From Betaproteobacteria bacterium (lineage in GTDB: Bacteria > Pseudomonadota > Gammaproteobacteria > Burkholderiales > Burkholderiaceae_F), in NCBI GenBank assembly GCA_046316025.1, contig JBKCXU010000149.1, forward strand, positions 1-33,406: DNA of 33,406 bases, written 5' to 3'. The position numbers and the translations under genes are program-made. How positions within the stretch are numbered: the first letter of the stretch is position 1; each line of letters starts with the position of its first letter. The notes beneath the pieces were generated by a model. That model had not been told where the DNA came from. It made no database searches and saw only the letters and a list, made by a program, of their open reading frames with translations. Shown piece by piece: positions 17,353 to 23,168 of this stretch.

Positions 17353-17645
17353 TTTGTAGTTCTCCAAAGAGCGAGTGAAAGAACGGAAGTGGGCGTGGCC
17401 TCCCGGCCAGCACGCGGCACCGCCGCGTGGCGCACCGAGGAGTACCGCCTGCGCCGCGCAGCACGCCACGCGCTGGCCCACGGGCCAGCGGCGGTGTGCC
17501 GGTTGAGCGGAAGACGGTTCGTCGGCGCGCGCCGGTGGGGCGCAAGCGCGATGGGCGGTGCCGGGGCCGTTGCGCGGCGCGCTCGTCTGCGCCGCTCGCC
17601 AGTCCCGGCCGAGGCCGGCCCGGTTTGAAGCAAACCCTTTACAGG

Positions 17646-17719
17646 GGTATCCCGCGGGAGTCGAACCCGCGACCGACGGTTTATGAGACCGTTGCTCTAC
17701 CCGACTGAGCTAGGGATGG
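17646..17719 (-). tRNA. tRNA(CAT) Met or Ile2-type. It has a classic D-arm (GCTC AGTCGGGTA GAGC), anticodon loop CTCATAA and T-arm GCGGG TTCGACT CCCGC. The top two acceptor pairs are mismatched, and its 5' end overlaps the CCA of the upstream tRNA-like element by 3 nt.
   Basis: Manual fold of the reverse complement. No CCA encoded. Acceptor is 5' CCATCCC / 3' GGGATAC (5 bp plus 2 terminal mismatches). Confidence 0.5.
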
Positions 17720-17795
17720 TGTCGAAACGGGGAATCGAACCCCGAGGTACGCCGCGGCGAGCCGCGACGCGCGTTTGCCATTTCGCCATTTCGAC
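17718..17795 (-). ncRNA. Anticodon-less tRNA-like element (tRNA pseudogene or Y-RNA-like tRNA mimic). It has a perfect 7-bp acceptor (GTCGAAA/TTTCGAC), discriminator A, encoded CCA, a canonical T-arm CGGGG TTCGATT CCCCG and a type-II-like D-arm GCG AAATGGCAAA CGC. The anticodon arm is replaced by an 8-bp stem with tetraloop (CGTCGCGG CTCG CCGCGGCG).
   Basis: Manual fold. No 5+7+5 anticodon arm is possible. The variable region is too short for a class II tRNA. Confidence 0.5.
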
Positions 17796-18055
17796 ACTAT
17801 TCGCCGGCGCCTTGCCGCGGTACGCGTGCGTCCGACGTACGGGACGGGAGCACGCGCCAGGCCGCACGCGATGCGGACCCGCTGACGACAGCTTGCCGGG
17901 CGAATGGGGGAGGCCGGCGCGCACGGCGCGCGCCGGCCGAACAAAGTCCCTGCAGCTCGCGCTCGCGCGCGACCGGACCGCTGCCGCCTGCACTTGCGCG
18001 CGGCGCAGACGACCCGGGCCGCGCCGTCCGGTGGCGTTGCGCAGCCCGTGGGAGG

Positions 18056-18078
18056 AAAAAGTGCCGGTTGCGTCCGGC
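18056..18078 (-). terminator. Putative rho-independent terminator (GCCGG ACGCAA CCGGC AC TTTTT) about 240 nt downstream of the HNH gene
   Basis: 5-bp GC stem plus T5 on the minus strand. Short stem, so moderate confidence. Confidence 0.4.
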
Positions 18079-18319
18079 GTATCCGATGCACAAACTTTCG
18101 GTGATCGATACCGCTTGCGGCGCGCCGGGGGTTCACGACCACGCACGCTATCTGCGTGCTGTGGCGTCCGGCGCGACGGCTGGGAGGCTGTGAATAAATC
18201 TACTGCGCGGCCCAATCTCACCCCTGCGGTGCTCGCCGTACCCCTCTGTACGGGTGCGCTCCTCGGGGCGAGCTTGGGCCGCTCGCTACGATTTCTTCAC
18301 AGCCTCTGAGTTGCGTGGG

Positions 18320-18883
18320 TCAGTGCAGCCGCAGCCGCGAGTGCTTCGGCAGCCGCGCCGCCAGGTACTCGTACTGATCGGCGAGCACCTTGCGGTTGGC
18401 GAGCAAAAACGCCTCGTTGCGGCAGGGCAGGTACGGCGCCCAGATCGGCAGCATGCGCGCCTCTTCCGGCGTGCGCGCGCCCTTGCGGGCGTTGCAGGCG
18501 CGGCAGGCGGCGAGCAGGTTCATGTACGAGTAGGCACCGCCGCGGCTGGCCGGGACGACGTGATCGACCGTCAGCTGCGACTCGGCAAACCGCTGCGCGC
18601 AGTAGGCACAGGTGAAACGGTCGCGCGCGAAGATCAAGCACCGCTCGACCGCCGGCGTGCGGAATTCCTGCGCACACCATGCGCCGCCGGCGAGCGCGAT
18701 CACGGGCGCAACCTCTAGCGTCGAGATGCGGCCCGTGACCGCGTTACGGCCACCGCGCAGCGTGACGACCGGCGCGCCGATCTCCCACAGCACCAGCCCC
18801 TTGGCGCCGTAGATCGCGGCGTCTTGCACGGAAATCCACCGATGCGCCACGCCGGCGGAGTCGAGTTGCAGTACGGCAACCAT
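18320..18883 (-). CDS. HNH endonuclease (188 aa). Start trimmed to MVAVLQLDSAG with strong SD (GAAAGGAGG).
   Basis: HNH motif CAYCAQRF...LTVDHVVPASRGGAYSYMNLLAACRACNARKG. Confidence 0.8.
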   Translation of the reverse strand: MVAVLQLDSAGVAHRWISVQDAAIYGAKGLVLWEIGAPVVTLRGGRNAVTGRISTLEVAPVIALAGGAWCAQEFRTPAVERCLIFARDRFTCAYCAQRFAESQLTVDHVVPASRGGAYSYMNLLAACRACNARKGARTPEEARMLPIWAPYLPCRNEAFLLANRKVLADQYEYLAARLPKHSRLRLH

Positions 18884-19091
18884 GCCGACCTCCTTTCGCT
18901 GGATGCCGGCAACGGGCGCCTGCCGGCGTGGCGGGTTTGGGCGGGGGCGCGGCGGCGGTCTGCGCGACGACAGGGCCAGGCACCAGCGTTGTGCTTCGAG
19001 ACTTCGCGGCGACCTGCACCTGTTAGCGCGCCCCGTGGGTGCTGCGTACCGAGCTCGCTGCACCCGTTGCCCTCAGCCGGCGCTGCGCGCC

Positions 19092-19155
19092 ACCCTCTCC
19101 TGCTTATGCGGGCGAGGGTCTTTTGCCCCCCTCGCCCGCATAAGCGGGAGAGGGG
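19092..19155. repeat. ~64-bp palindromic REP-like element (arms CCCTCTCCTGCTTATGCGGGCGAGGG / CCCTCGCCCGCATAAGCGGGAGAGGG, loop TCTTTTGCCC) between HNH and tRNA-Gln/rtcB
   Basis: Arms are reverse complements. Core resembles the other copies (CCCCTC.CC.GC.TAAGCGGGAGAGGGG vs CCCCTCCCCTGCGAAGCGGGGGAGGG). Confidence 0.7.
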
Positions 19156-19200
19156 CCGGGGTTGAGGGCGTGGGGCGTTGGCTCGCGTTGCGGCTGGCGT

Positions 19201-19277
19201 TGGCAGCGGACCCCGGACTCGCACCGGGTAGGGCCTGCTTCAGAGGCAGGTGCCGCGACGGCTTTGGCTTGTCCGCA
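19201..19277 (-). tRNA. tRNA-Gln(CTG)-like. Anticodon arm CCTGC CTCTGAA GCAGG. T-arm CCCGG TGCGAGT CCGGG (G55). CCA encoded. Terminal T1.T72 mismatch. It lies 25 nt downstream of rtcB.
   Basis: Manual fold of the reverse complement. Confidence 0.5.
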
Positions 19278-19302
19278 ATGAACGTGGACCGAGCCGGACG
19301 GC

Positions 19303-20511
19303 TCAGCCCTTGATGCACAGCACCTGTTTGAGCCGGTGCACGACCTCGACCAGATCGGCCTGCGCGGCCATCACGGCGTCGATGTCCTTGTAGGCGCCGG
19401 GGATCTCGTCGAGCACTCCGGCATCCTTGCGGCATTCGACCCCGTCGGTCTGCGCGCGCAGGTCGGCCAGCGAATAGGCACGCTTGGCGGCACCGCGGCT
19501 CATCCGCCGGCCGGCACCGTGCGAGCAGGAGCAGTACGACTCCGCATTGCCCTTGCCGCGCACGATGTAGGAGCGCGCGCCCATGCTGCCGGGGATGATG
19601 CCGAGCTCGCCGGCGCGCGCCGACACCGCACCCTTGCGGGTGATCCACAGCTTCTGGCCGAAGTGTTCTTCGACCGAGCTGTAGTTGTGGTGGCAGTTGA
19701 CCGCGCTGGCGGCAACACCGATCTCGCGCCCGAACTGCGCGCGCAGCGCCTTGAGCACCGCGTGCAGCATTGAGTCGCGGTTCAGCGCCGCGTAGTCCTG
19801 CGCCCAGCGCAAGCCCTCGACGTATTCGTCGAACGGCGCGCTGCCCTCGTCGAGCCAGGCCAGGTCGCGGTCGGGCAGATGGCGCTCCAGCCGCTGTGCC
19901 TCGCGCTGCGCCAGATCGATCGCGGTCTCGCCGATCGTCTTGCCGACGTTGCGCGAACCCGAGTGCAGCATGATCCAGACGCGCTCGGACTCGTCCAGGC
20001 ACAGCTCGATGAAGTGATTGCCGCCGCCCAGGGTGCCGAGCTGCTTCCACACCCGCGCGTGGTCGAACTTGCCGACCCGATCCATGATCCGCAGCCGGCC
20101 GTAGCGCTGGTGCAGCTCGGCGCCGCGCCGCTTGAGCGCGCTGCCAAAGAGCCCGTCGCGGTGCGTGCCGACCGGCCGGTCGTGGGCGGCAAAGCCCACC
20201 GGCACCAGCGACTCGATGGCCGCGCGGATCGCGGCGAGCGAGTCCGGCAGTTCGTCGGCCGTGAGCGCCGTGCGCACCGCGCACATGCCGCAGCCGATGT
20301 CCACGCCCACCGCGGCGGGGATGATCGCGCTGCGGGTCGGGATCACCGAGCCGACGGTGGCGCCCTTGCCCAGATGTACGTCCGGCATGATCGCCACGTG
20401 GCCGGCCACCACCGGCAGCGCCGCCAGGTTGGCGATCTGCGCTACGGCGTCCGGCTCGACCTCCACGCCTTGCGTCCAGGCACGGACGTTCTTCATTGCG
20501 TTGAGGTTCAT
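19303..20511 (-). CDS. rtcB: RNA-splicing ligase RtcB (3'-phosphate/5'-OH RNA ligase)
   Basis: 402 aa. Conserved RtcB motifs (GGGNHFIELCLDE, MLHSGSRNVGK, CSCSHGAGRRMSR). GGAG RBS. Starts 72 nt after tRNA-Ser, the last gene of the array. Confidence 0.92.
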   Translation of the reverse strand: MNLNAMKNVRAWTQGVEVEPDAVAQIANLAALPVVAGHVAIMPDVHLGKGATVGSVIPTRSAIIPAAVGVDIGCGMCAVRTALTADELPDSLAAIRAAIESLVPVGFAAHDRPVGTHRDGLFGSALKRRGAELHQRYGRLRIMDRVGKFDHARVWKQLGTLGGGNHFIELCLDESERVWIMLHSGSRNVGKTIGETAIDLAQREAQRLERHLPDRDLAWLDEGSAPFDEYVEGLRWAQDYAALNRDSMLHAVLKALRAQFGREIGVAASAVNCHHNYSSVEEHFGQKLWITRKGAVSARAGELGIIPGSMGARSYIVRGKGNAESYCSCSHGAGRRMSRGAAKRAYSLADLRAQTDGVECRKDAGVLDEIPGAYKDIDAVMAAQADLVEVVHRLKQVLCIKG

Positions 20512-20582
20512 GGTTGGGCTCCGATACGGTTGATGGTACGGCGGGTGCGCGAAGCGCCCGCATCCGGCACTTTTCCTGTCAG

Positions 20583-20676
20583 TGGTGGAAGCGGCCGGTC
20601 CCGACCCGGCATGCCGGCGACAATCGCCGACTCTCGCTTAGCAGGCGAGCGGTTTTGCCAATTCACCCACGCTTCC
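20583..20676 (-). tRNA. tRNA-Ser(GCT), class II, 94 nt. T-loop GTCGGGA (G54/G58). CCA encoded.
   Basis: Acceptor GGAAGCG/CGCTTCC. D-arm GGT GAATTGGCAAA ACC. Anticodon arm CTCGC CTGCTAA GCGAG. Long variable hairpin. Confidence 0.7.
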
Positions 20677-20682
20677 GAATGG

Positions 20683-20758
20683 TGGTCAGGGTGGCTGGCT
20701 CCGCCCCAGCCGCCTCCTGCTCCCAAGGCAGGCGCTCTACTCAATGAGCTACACCCTG
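20683..20758 (-). tRNA. tRNA-Pro(TGG). T-loop GGCGGAG (G54/G58). CCA encoded.
   Basis: Acceptor CAGGGTG/CACCCTG. D-arm GCTC ATTGAGTA GAGC. Anticodon arm CCTGC CTTGGGA GCAGG. Confidence 0.65.
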
Positions 20759-20826
20759 ATGCAAGCTCGCCGTCGGAAAGGGGTGTCCCGAGCGCGTTGA
20801 CGGGCGGCACGCAGTGGCCGACTCGA

Positions 20827-20903
20827 TGGGGTGATCGACCGGTTTCGATCCGGTACCCGCGGGGTCACAGTCCGCGATGCAGAGCCACTACACCACGATC
20901 ACC
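20827..20903 (-). tRNA. tRNA-His(GTG) with G-1 and C73-CCA. T-loop ATCGAAA (A54). Unusual D-arm (5-bp TGTAG/CTGCA with 5-nt loop). One C.C mismatch in the anticodon stem.
   Basis: G + GTGATCG...CGATCAC C CCA. Anticodon loop ACTGTGA. Confidence 0.55.
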
Positions 20904-20924
20904 ACAAAACGGTGCGAAAACAAT

Positions 20925-21013
20925 TGGTGCCCTCGGCGCGAGTCGAACGCGCACTGGCCGCACGGGCCTCCTCGTTCTGAGCGAGGTGGGTTTGCCGATT
21001 CCCCTACGAGGGC
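20925..21013 (-). tRNA. tRNA-Leu(CAG), class II, 89 nt. Canonical T-loop TTCGACT. CCA encoded.
   Basis: Acceptor GCCCTCG/CGAGGGC. Anticodon arm CCTCG CTCAGAA CGAGG. Variable GGCC CGTGC GGCC. Confidence 0.8.
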
Positions 21014-21059
21014 TTGAAGTTGAGCGGGGCCGCTTTGCTGGATTGCGACCTCGCGCGGG

Positions 21060-21146
21060 TGGTGCCGGCGGAGGGCCACGATCCCCCACGGCCTTGCGGC
21101 CGCCAGGCTCTCGACCTGGTGCGTCTGCCAATTCCGCCACGCCGGC
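21060..21146 (-). tRNA. tRNA-Leu(GAG), class II, 87 nt. T-loop ATCGTGG (A54/U58). C33 in the anticodon loop TCGAGAG. CCA encoded.
   Basis: Acceptor GCCGGCG/CGCCGGC. D-arm GCG GAATTGGCAGA CGC. Variable GGCC GCAA GGCC. Confidence 0.6.
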
Positions 21147-21152
21147 AATGAA

Positions 21153-21238
21153 TGGACTCGGAGGCCGGACTCGCACCGGCGCGGACTCTCGTCGGCCGGG
21201 TTGCAACCGGCTGCATTCGCCTGCTCTGCCACTCCGAG
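21153..21238 (-). tRNA. tRNA-Cys(GCA)-like, 86 nt, with an unusually long 14-nt variable region. T-loop TGCGAGT (G55). CCA encoded.
   Basis: Acceptor CTCGGAG/CTCCGAG. Anticodon arm GCCGG TTGCAAC CCGGC. Confidence 0.55.
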
Positions 21239-21242
21239 ATGT

Positions 21243-21314
21243 TGGTTGCGGTCGCCGGCGCTGCCCCGGTCCCCGAGCACATGAAGCTCGTGTGCACTGC
21301 TACACCACCCCGCG
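21243..21314 (-). tRNA. tRNA-Met(CAT)-like with initiator-type 5' acceptor CGCGGGG (C1.A72), but 2 further acceptor mismatches and an aberrant T-arm (CCGG GGCAGCG CCGG). CCA encoded. Possibly degenerate.
   Basis: Anticodon arm CGAGC TTCATGT GCTCG is perfect. The rest is irregular. Confidence 0.4.
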
Positions 21315-21321
21315 ATAGAAC

Positions 21322-21397
21322 TGGTCCCTTCGGCAGGTACCGACCCTGCGACACCCCGGCCTTCAACCGGGTGCTCTACCCACTGAGCTACGAAGGG
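21322..21397 (-). tRNA. tRNA-Phe(GAA). T-loop GTCGGTA (G54/G58). Otherwise textbook (D-arm GCTC AGTGGGTA GAGC). CCA encoded.
   Basis: Acceptor CCCTTCG/CGAAGGG. Anticodon arm CCCGG TTGAAGG CCGGG. Confidence 0.75.
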
Positions 21398-21402
21398 GGA
21401 AC

Positions 21403-21477
21403 TGGAGCTTCGCCCCGAACGTGCGCCGGGCTGTCGTCCTTACGAGGGCCGCGCGTCGCTGTCTACGCCGGCGAAGC
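21403..21477 (-). tRNA. tRNA-Thr(CGT)-like. Good acceptor and D-arm. Anticodon stem has 1 mismatch. T-loop CGCACGT is non-canonical. CCA encoded.
   Basis: Acceptor GCTTCGC/GCGAAGC. D-arm GCGT AGACAGCG ACGC. Loop CTCGTAA. Confidence 0.4.
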
Positions 21478-21505
21478 GAATGGGCGCCGCCGCGCGACCA
21501 ACGGG

Positions 21506-21577
21506 CACACCGTGCGGGTATCGATCCCGCCTGCGCAGGTTGAAAGCCTGCTGACCTCACCTGAAGTCGAACGGTGC
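21506..21577 (-). tRNA. tRNA-Glu(TTC). T-loop ATCGATA (A54/U58). No CCA encoded. G1.U72.
   Basis: Anticodon arm GCAGG CTTTCAA CCTGC is perfect. T-stem GCGGG/CCCGC. Confidence 0.55.
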
Positions 21578-21587
21578 GTGTTGCTGT

Positions 21588-21661
21588 CTGCGGCCGCTGG
21601 ACTCGAACCAGCCTGTTCCTTCTTAACAGGGAGGCGTCGTCGCCCGGACGACTCGACCGCA
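21588..21661 (-). tRNA. tRNA-Asn(GTT). Canonical T-loop TTCGAGT. No CCA encoded. One mismatch in the anticodon stem.
   Basis: Acceptor TGCGGTC/GGCCGCA (one G.U). Loop CTGTTAA. Confidence 0.55.
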
Positions 21662-21667
21662 ACATGC

Positions 21668-21743
21668 TGGACCCTCCGCGAGGAATCGAACCTCGATCTC
21701 GACGTTCGTAGCGTCGTGTCCTTGTCCGTTGAACGACGGAGAG
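21668..21743 (-). tRNA. tRNA-Arg(ACG). Canonical T-loop TTCGATT. CCA encoded.
   Basis: Acceptor CTCTCCG/CGGAGGG (one G.U). Anticodon arm CGACG CTACGAA CGTCG is perfect. Confidence 0.75.
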
Positions 21744-21748
21744 AGATT

Positions 21749-21823
21749 TGGCGCCGCTTGCGGGTGCCGACCCCGCGGCCTTCCGCTGGACAGGCGGGTG
21801 CTCTGCCGTTGAGCTAAAGCGGC
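21749..21823 (-). tRNA. tRNA-Asp(GTC). T-loop GTCGGCA (G54/G58). CCA encoded.
   Basis: Acceptor GCCGCTT/AAGCGGC. D-arm GCTC AACGGCA GAGC. Loop CTGTCCA. Confidence 0.65.
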
Positions 21824-21870
21824 GTGGCGCAGAGAGTGCCCTTTGCCAGTTCCGGCATCTCTCCTTGAGC

Positions 21871-21946
21871 TGGTTGGCCGCCTGGGGCTCGAACCCAGAT
21901 CTGCCGGATCAAGAGTCCGGTTCCCTGCCACTCGGGAGCGCGGCCA
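21871..21946 (-). tRNA. tRNA-Lys(CTT). Canonical T-loop TTCGAGC. G8 and G14 instead of U8/A14. CCA encoded.
   Basis: Acceptor TGGCCGC/GCGGCCA is perfect. Anticodon arm CCGGA CTCTTGA TCCGG. Confidence 0.65.
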
Positions 21947-21952
21947 GCGCAT

Positions 21953-22024
21953 TGGAGGACCGACCGAGTAACGCTCTCGGCGTGCGGTGCTTGCAAGGCA
22001 CGGCTGCACCCTTGTGCTCGGCCC
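21953..22024 (-). tRNA. tRNA-Ala(TGC)-like, short (72 nt). 4-bp D-stem with 4-nt loop. T-loop AGCGTTA (A54/U58). CCA encoded.
   Basis: Acceptor GGGCCGA/TCGGTCC. Anticodon GTGC CTTGCAA GCAC. Confidence 0.4.
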
Positions 22025-22030
22025 GTGTTC

Positions 22031-22120
22031 TGGTGCGTCAGGCTGGGCATGATCCAGCAGCGGCCCCGGTGGGCTCCTGCTTTACAGGCAGGCGGGTTCA
22101 GCCAGCTTCCCTACTGACGC
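22031..22120 (-). tRNA. tRNA-Tyr(GTA), class II, 90 nt. T-loop ATCATGC (A54/U58). CCA encoded.
   Basis: Acceptor GCGTCAG/CTGACGC. Anticodon arm CCTGC CTGTAAA GCAGG. Variable GCCC ACCG GGGC. Confidence 0.65.
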
Positions 22121-22161
22121 GTGCCATGCGCCAACGCACGGCCCGGCCATGCGCTGGCGAA

Positions 22162-22237
22162 TGGTGCGGGCGCCCGGGAACGATCCGAGGCCTCGACGTT
22201 GGCAACGTCGCGTGCTGCCGATTGACACCACGCCCGC
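22162..22237 (-). tRNA. tRNA-Gly(GCC), first gene of the array. T-loop ATCGTTC (A54/U58). CCA encoded.
   Basis: Acceptor GCGGGCG/CGCCCGC. Anticodon arm CGACG TTGCCAA CGTCG is perfect. Confidence 0.7.
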
Positions 22238-22388
22238 ATTGGCCGGGCGGCGGCGCGGCACGGCGAGGCAAACCACAACCTCGCCGCCCGCGGTGCTCCG
22301 CCGCCCGGCCCGTTGGCAATCCAAGTTGTTAAAGAGCTCCCGCCCGTTGGCGGGGTGCGCCCGTTGGCGCGTACGGCAAAGACCACTG

Positions 22389-22430
22389 CAAAAACAAAAA
22401 GCCCGGAGGACCATGAACGTCGCTCCGGGC
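22389..22430 (-). terminator. Rho-independent terminator (GCCCGGAG-14 nt loop-CTCCGGGC followed by TTTTTGTTTTT on the minus strand)
   Basis: Read directly. It separates the CII-like gene region from the tRNA array. Confidence 0.6.
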
Positions 22431-22662
22431 TTGGGTGCCTGTTGGCCGAGGGTCGGCTAGGTGCCGGTCCCTCCGCCCGGATCGACGGTGCGCGGATCGC
22501 TATTGACCCACTGCCCGCGCGACAACGCCGGCTCATGGCCGAGCGCCGGCGCCGCGCCCCGGGGGCAGCGTGTCGCGATCGATAGCGATAAATAGCGGGT
22601 CATGGTCGAAAGAGTTGCAGTGCTCTGTGCGGTGCGCGCCGGCACTCCGGCGAACGAGAAAG

Positions 22663-22682
22663 AATGCTAAAGCAGTTTAGCG
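22663..22682. promoter_or_regulatory. Palindromic operator-like site AATGCTAAAGCAGTTTAGCG (GCTAAA-N4-TTTAGC), copy 1, just downstream of the CII-like ORF
   Basis: 18/20 identical to 23169-23188. Perfect 6-4-6 inverted repeat. Confidence 0.45.
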
Positions 22683-22688
22683 CCGAGG

Positions 22689-23162
22689 TCAACGCACGCG
22701 CCGCAGCGCTGTTGCGCGGGCGCCACCCCGCGTCGTGGCCGGCGGGCGCGCGGCGGGCGCCGACTTGAGCAGCTCCGCGTGCAGCGCGTCCAGCAGCCGC
22801 TCCTTGGCGAGCTGCTTGTTGATGCGGAACAGCGTGAGGAACAACTGCACCGCGTTGCGTTCTTCGTCGTCGCCGTACGGCACCGCCGGCGGCAGCACCT
22901 TGACCGGCAGCCGCTCGGCGTCGCTCGCGTCGAGGCTGCCCTGCGGCATCCGGCACTTGCTTTCGATCTGGCGCGCCAGCTTCTCGCCAATGTGGCGGTG
23001 CTTGGACTTGAGCTGGCTCCAGTGCGCCGGGTTGACGTCGATCAGCCGCGCGAAGCTCGTCTCCGCGGTCCGCGCCCGCTCGTCGCCCTCCGCGCGCCAG
23101 CGGCGCACGAAGTGATCGCGCAGCAGCAGCGCGTTTTGCAGGCGGATGTCGGCGAGGTCCAT
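22689..23162 (-). CDS. Phage CII-like / Cro-CI-type HTH transcriptional regulator (157 aa)
   Basis: ARLIDVNPAHWSQLKSKHRHIGEKLARQIE resembles the CII-type HTH (lambda CII GVDKSQISRWKRDWIPKF). Weak family assignment. Confidence 0.4.
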   Translation of the reverse strand: MDLADIRLQNALLLRDHFVRRWRAEGDERARTAETSFARLIDVNPAHWSQLKSKHRHIGEKLARQIESKCRMPQGSLDASDAERLPVKVLPPAVPYGDDEERNAVQLFLTLFRINKQLAKERLLDALHAELLKSAPAARPPATTRGGARATALRRVR

Positions 23163-23168
23163 CTCGCA

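Noticed and set aside
16000-17628. 542-aa plus ORF and 491-aa minus ORF (16070-17545)
   Set aside because: They overlap the SPFH gene antisense or out of frame. Low-complexity.
17646-17795. tRNA-associated integration site (att) for a genomic island
   Set aside because: There is no integrase gene in the window and no direct repeat of a tRNA 3' end flanking the island.
17861-17920. Perfect 11-bp GC palindrome GGCCGGCGCGC-ACG-GCGCGCCGGCC as a terminator
   Set aside because: No U-run follows on either strand. It is more likely a REP-like hairpin.
17683-18309. 208-aa plus ORF spanning the tRNA-like elements and the HNH 3' region
   Set aside because: Codon usage is atypical for this genome. It runs antisense across structured tRNA-like RNAs. 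There is no homology.
19073-20563. 496-aa minus ORF and 479-aa plus ORF (19879-21318)
   Set aside because: They are an alternative frame or antisense of rtcB, running into the tRNA array. The RtcB frame has the conserved motifs.
20583-22237. Possibility that the tRNA-dense region is a CRISPR array or other direct-repeat array
   Set aside because: There is no repeated unit. Each segment folds as a distinct cloverleaf with a different anticodon.
20583-22237. Possibility that all the non-canonical tRNAs are simply decaying pseudogenes
   Set aside because: This is only partly rejected. Stems are almost all intact, and the 54/58 changes recur as specific covarying states (A/U, G/G), which random decay would not produce. 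Met-like, Thr-like and Ala-like do look degenerate.
22238-22330. Promoter for the tRNA array (TTGCCA / TTGGAT -35-like hexamers)
   Set aside because: No convincing -10 element at proper spacing could be identified by eye.
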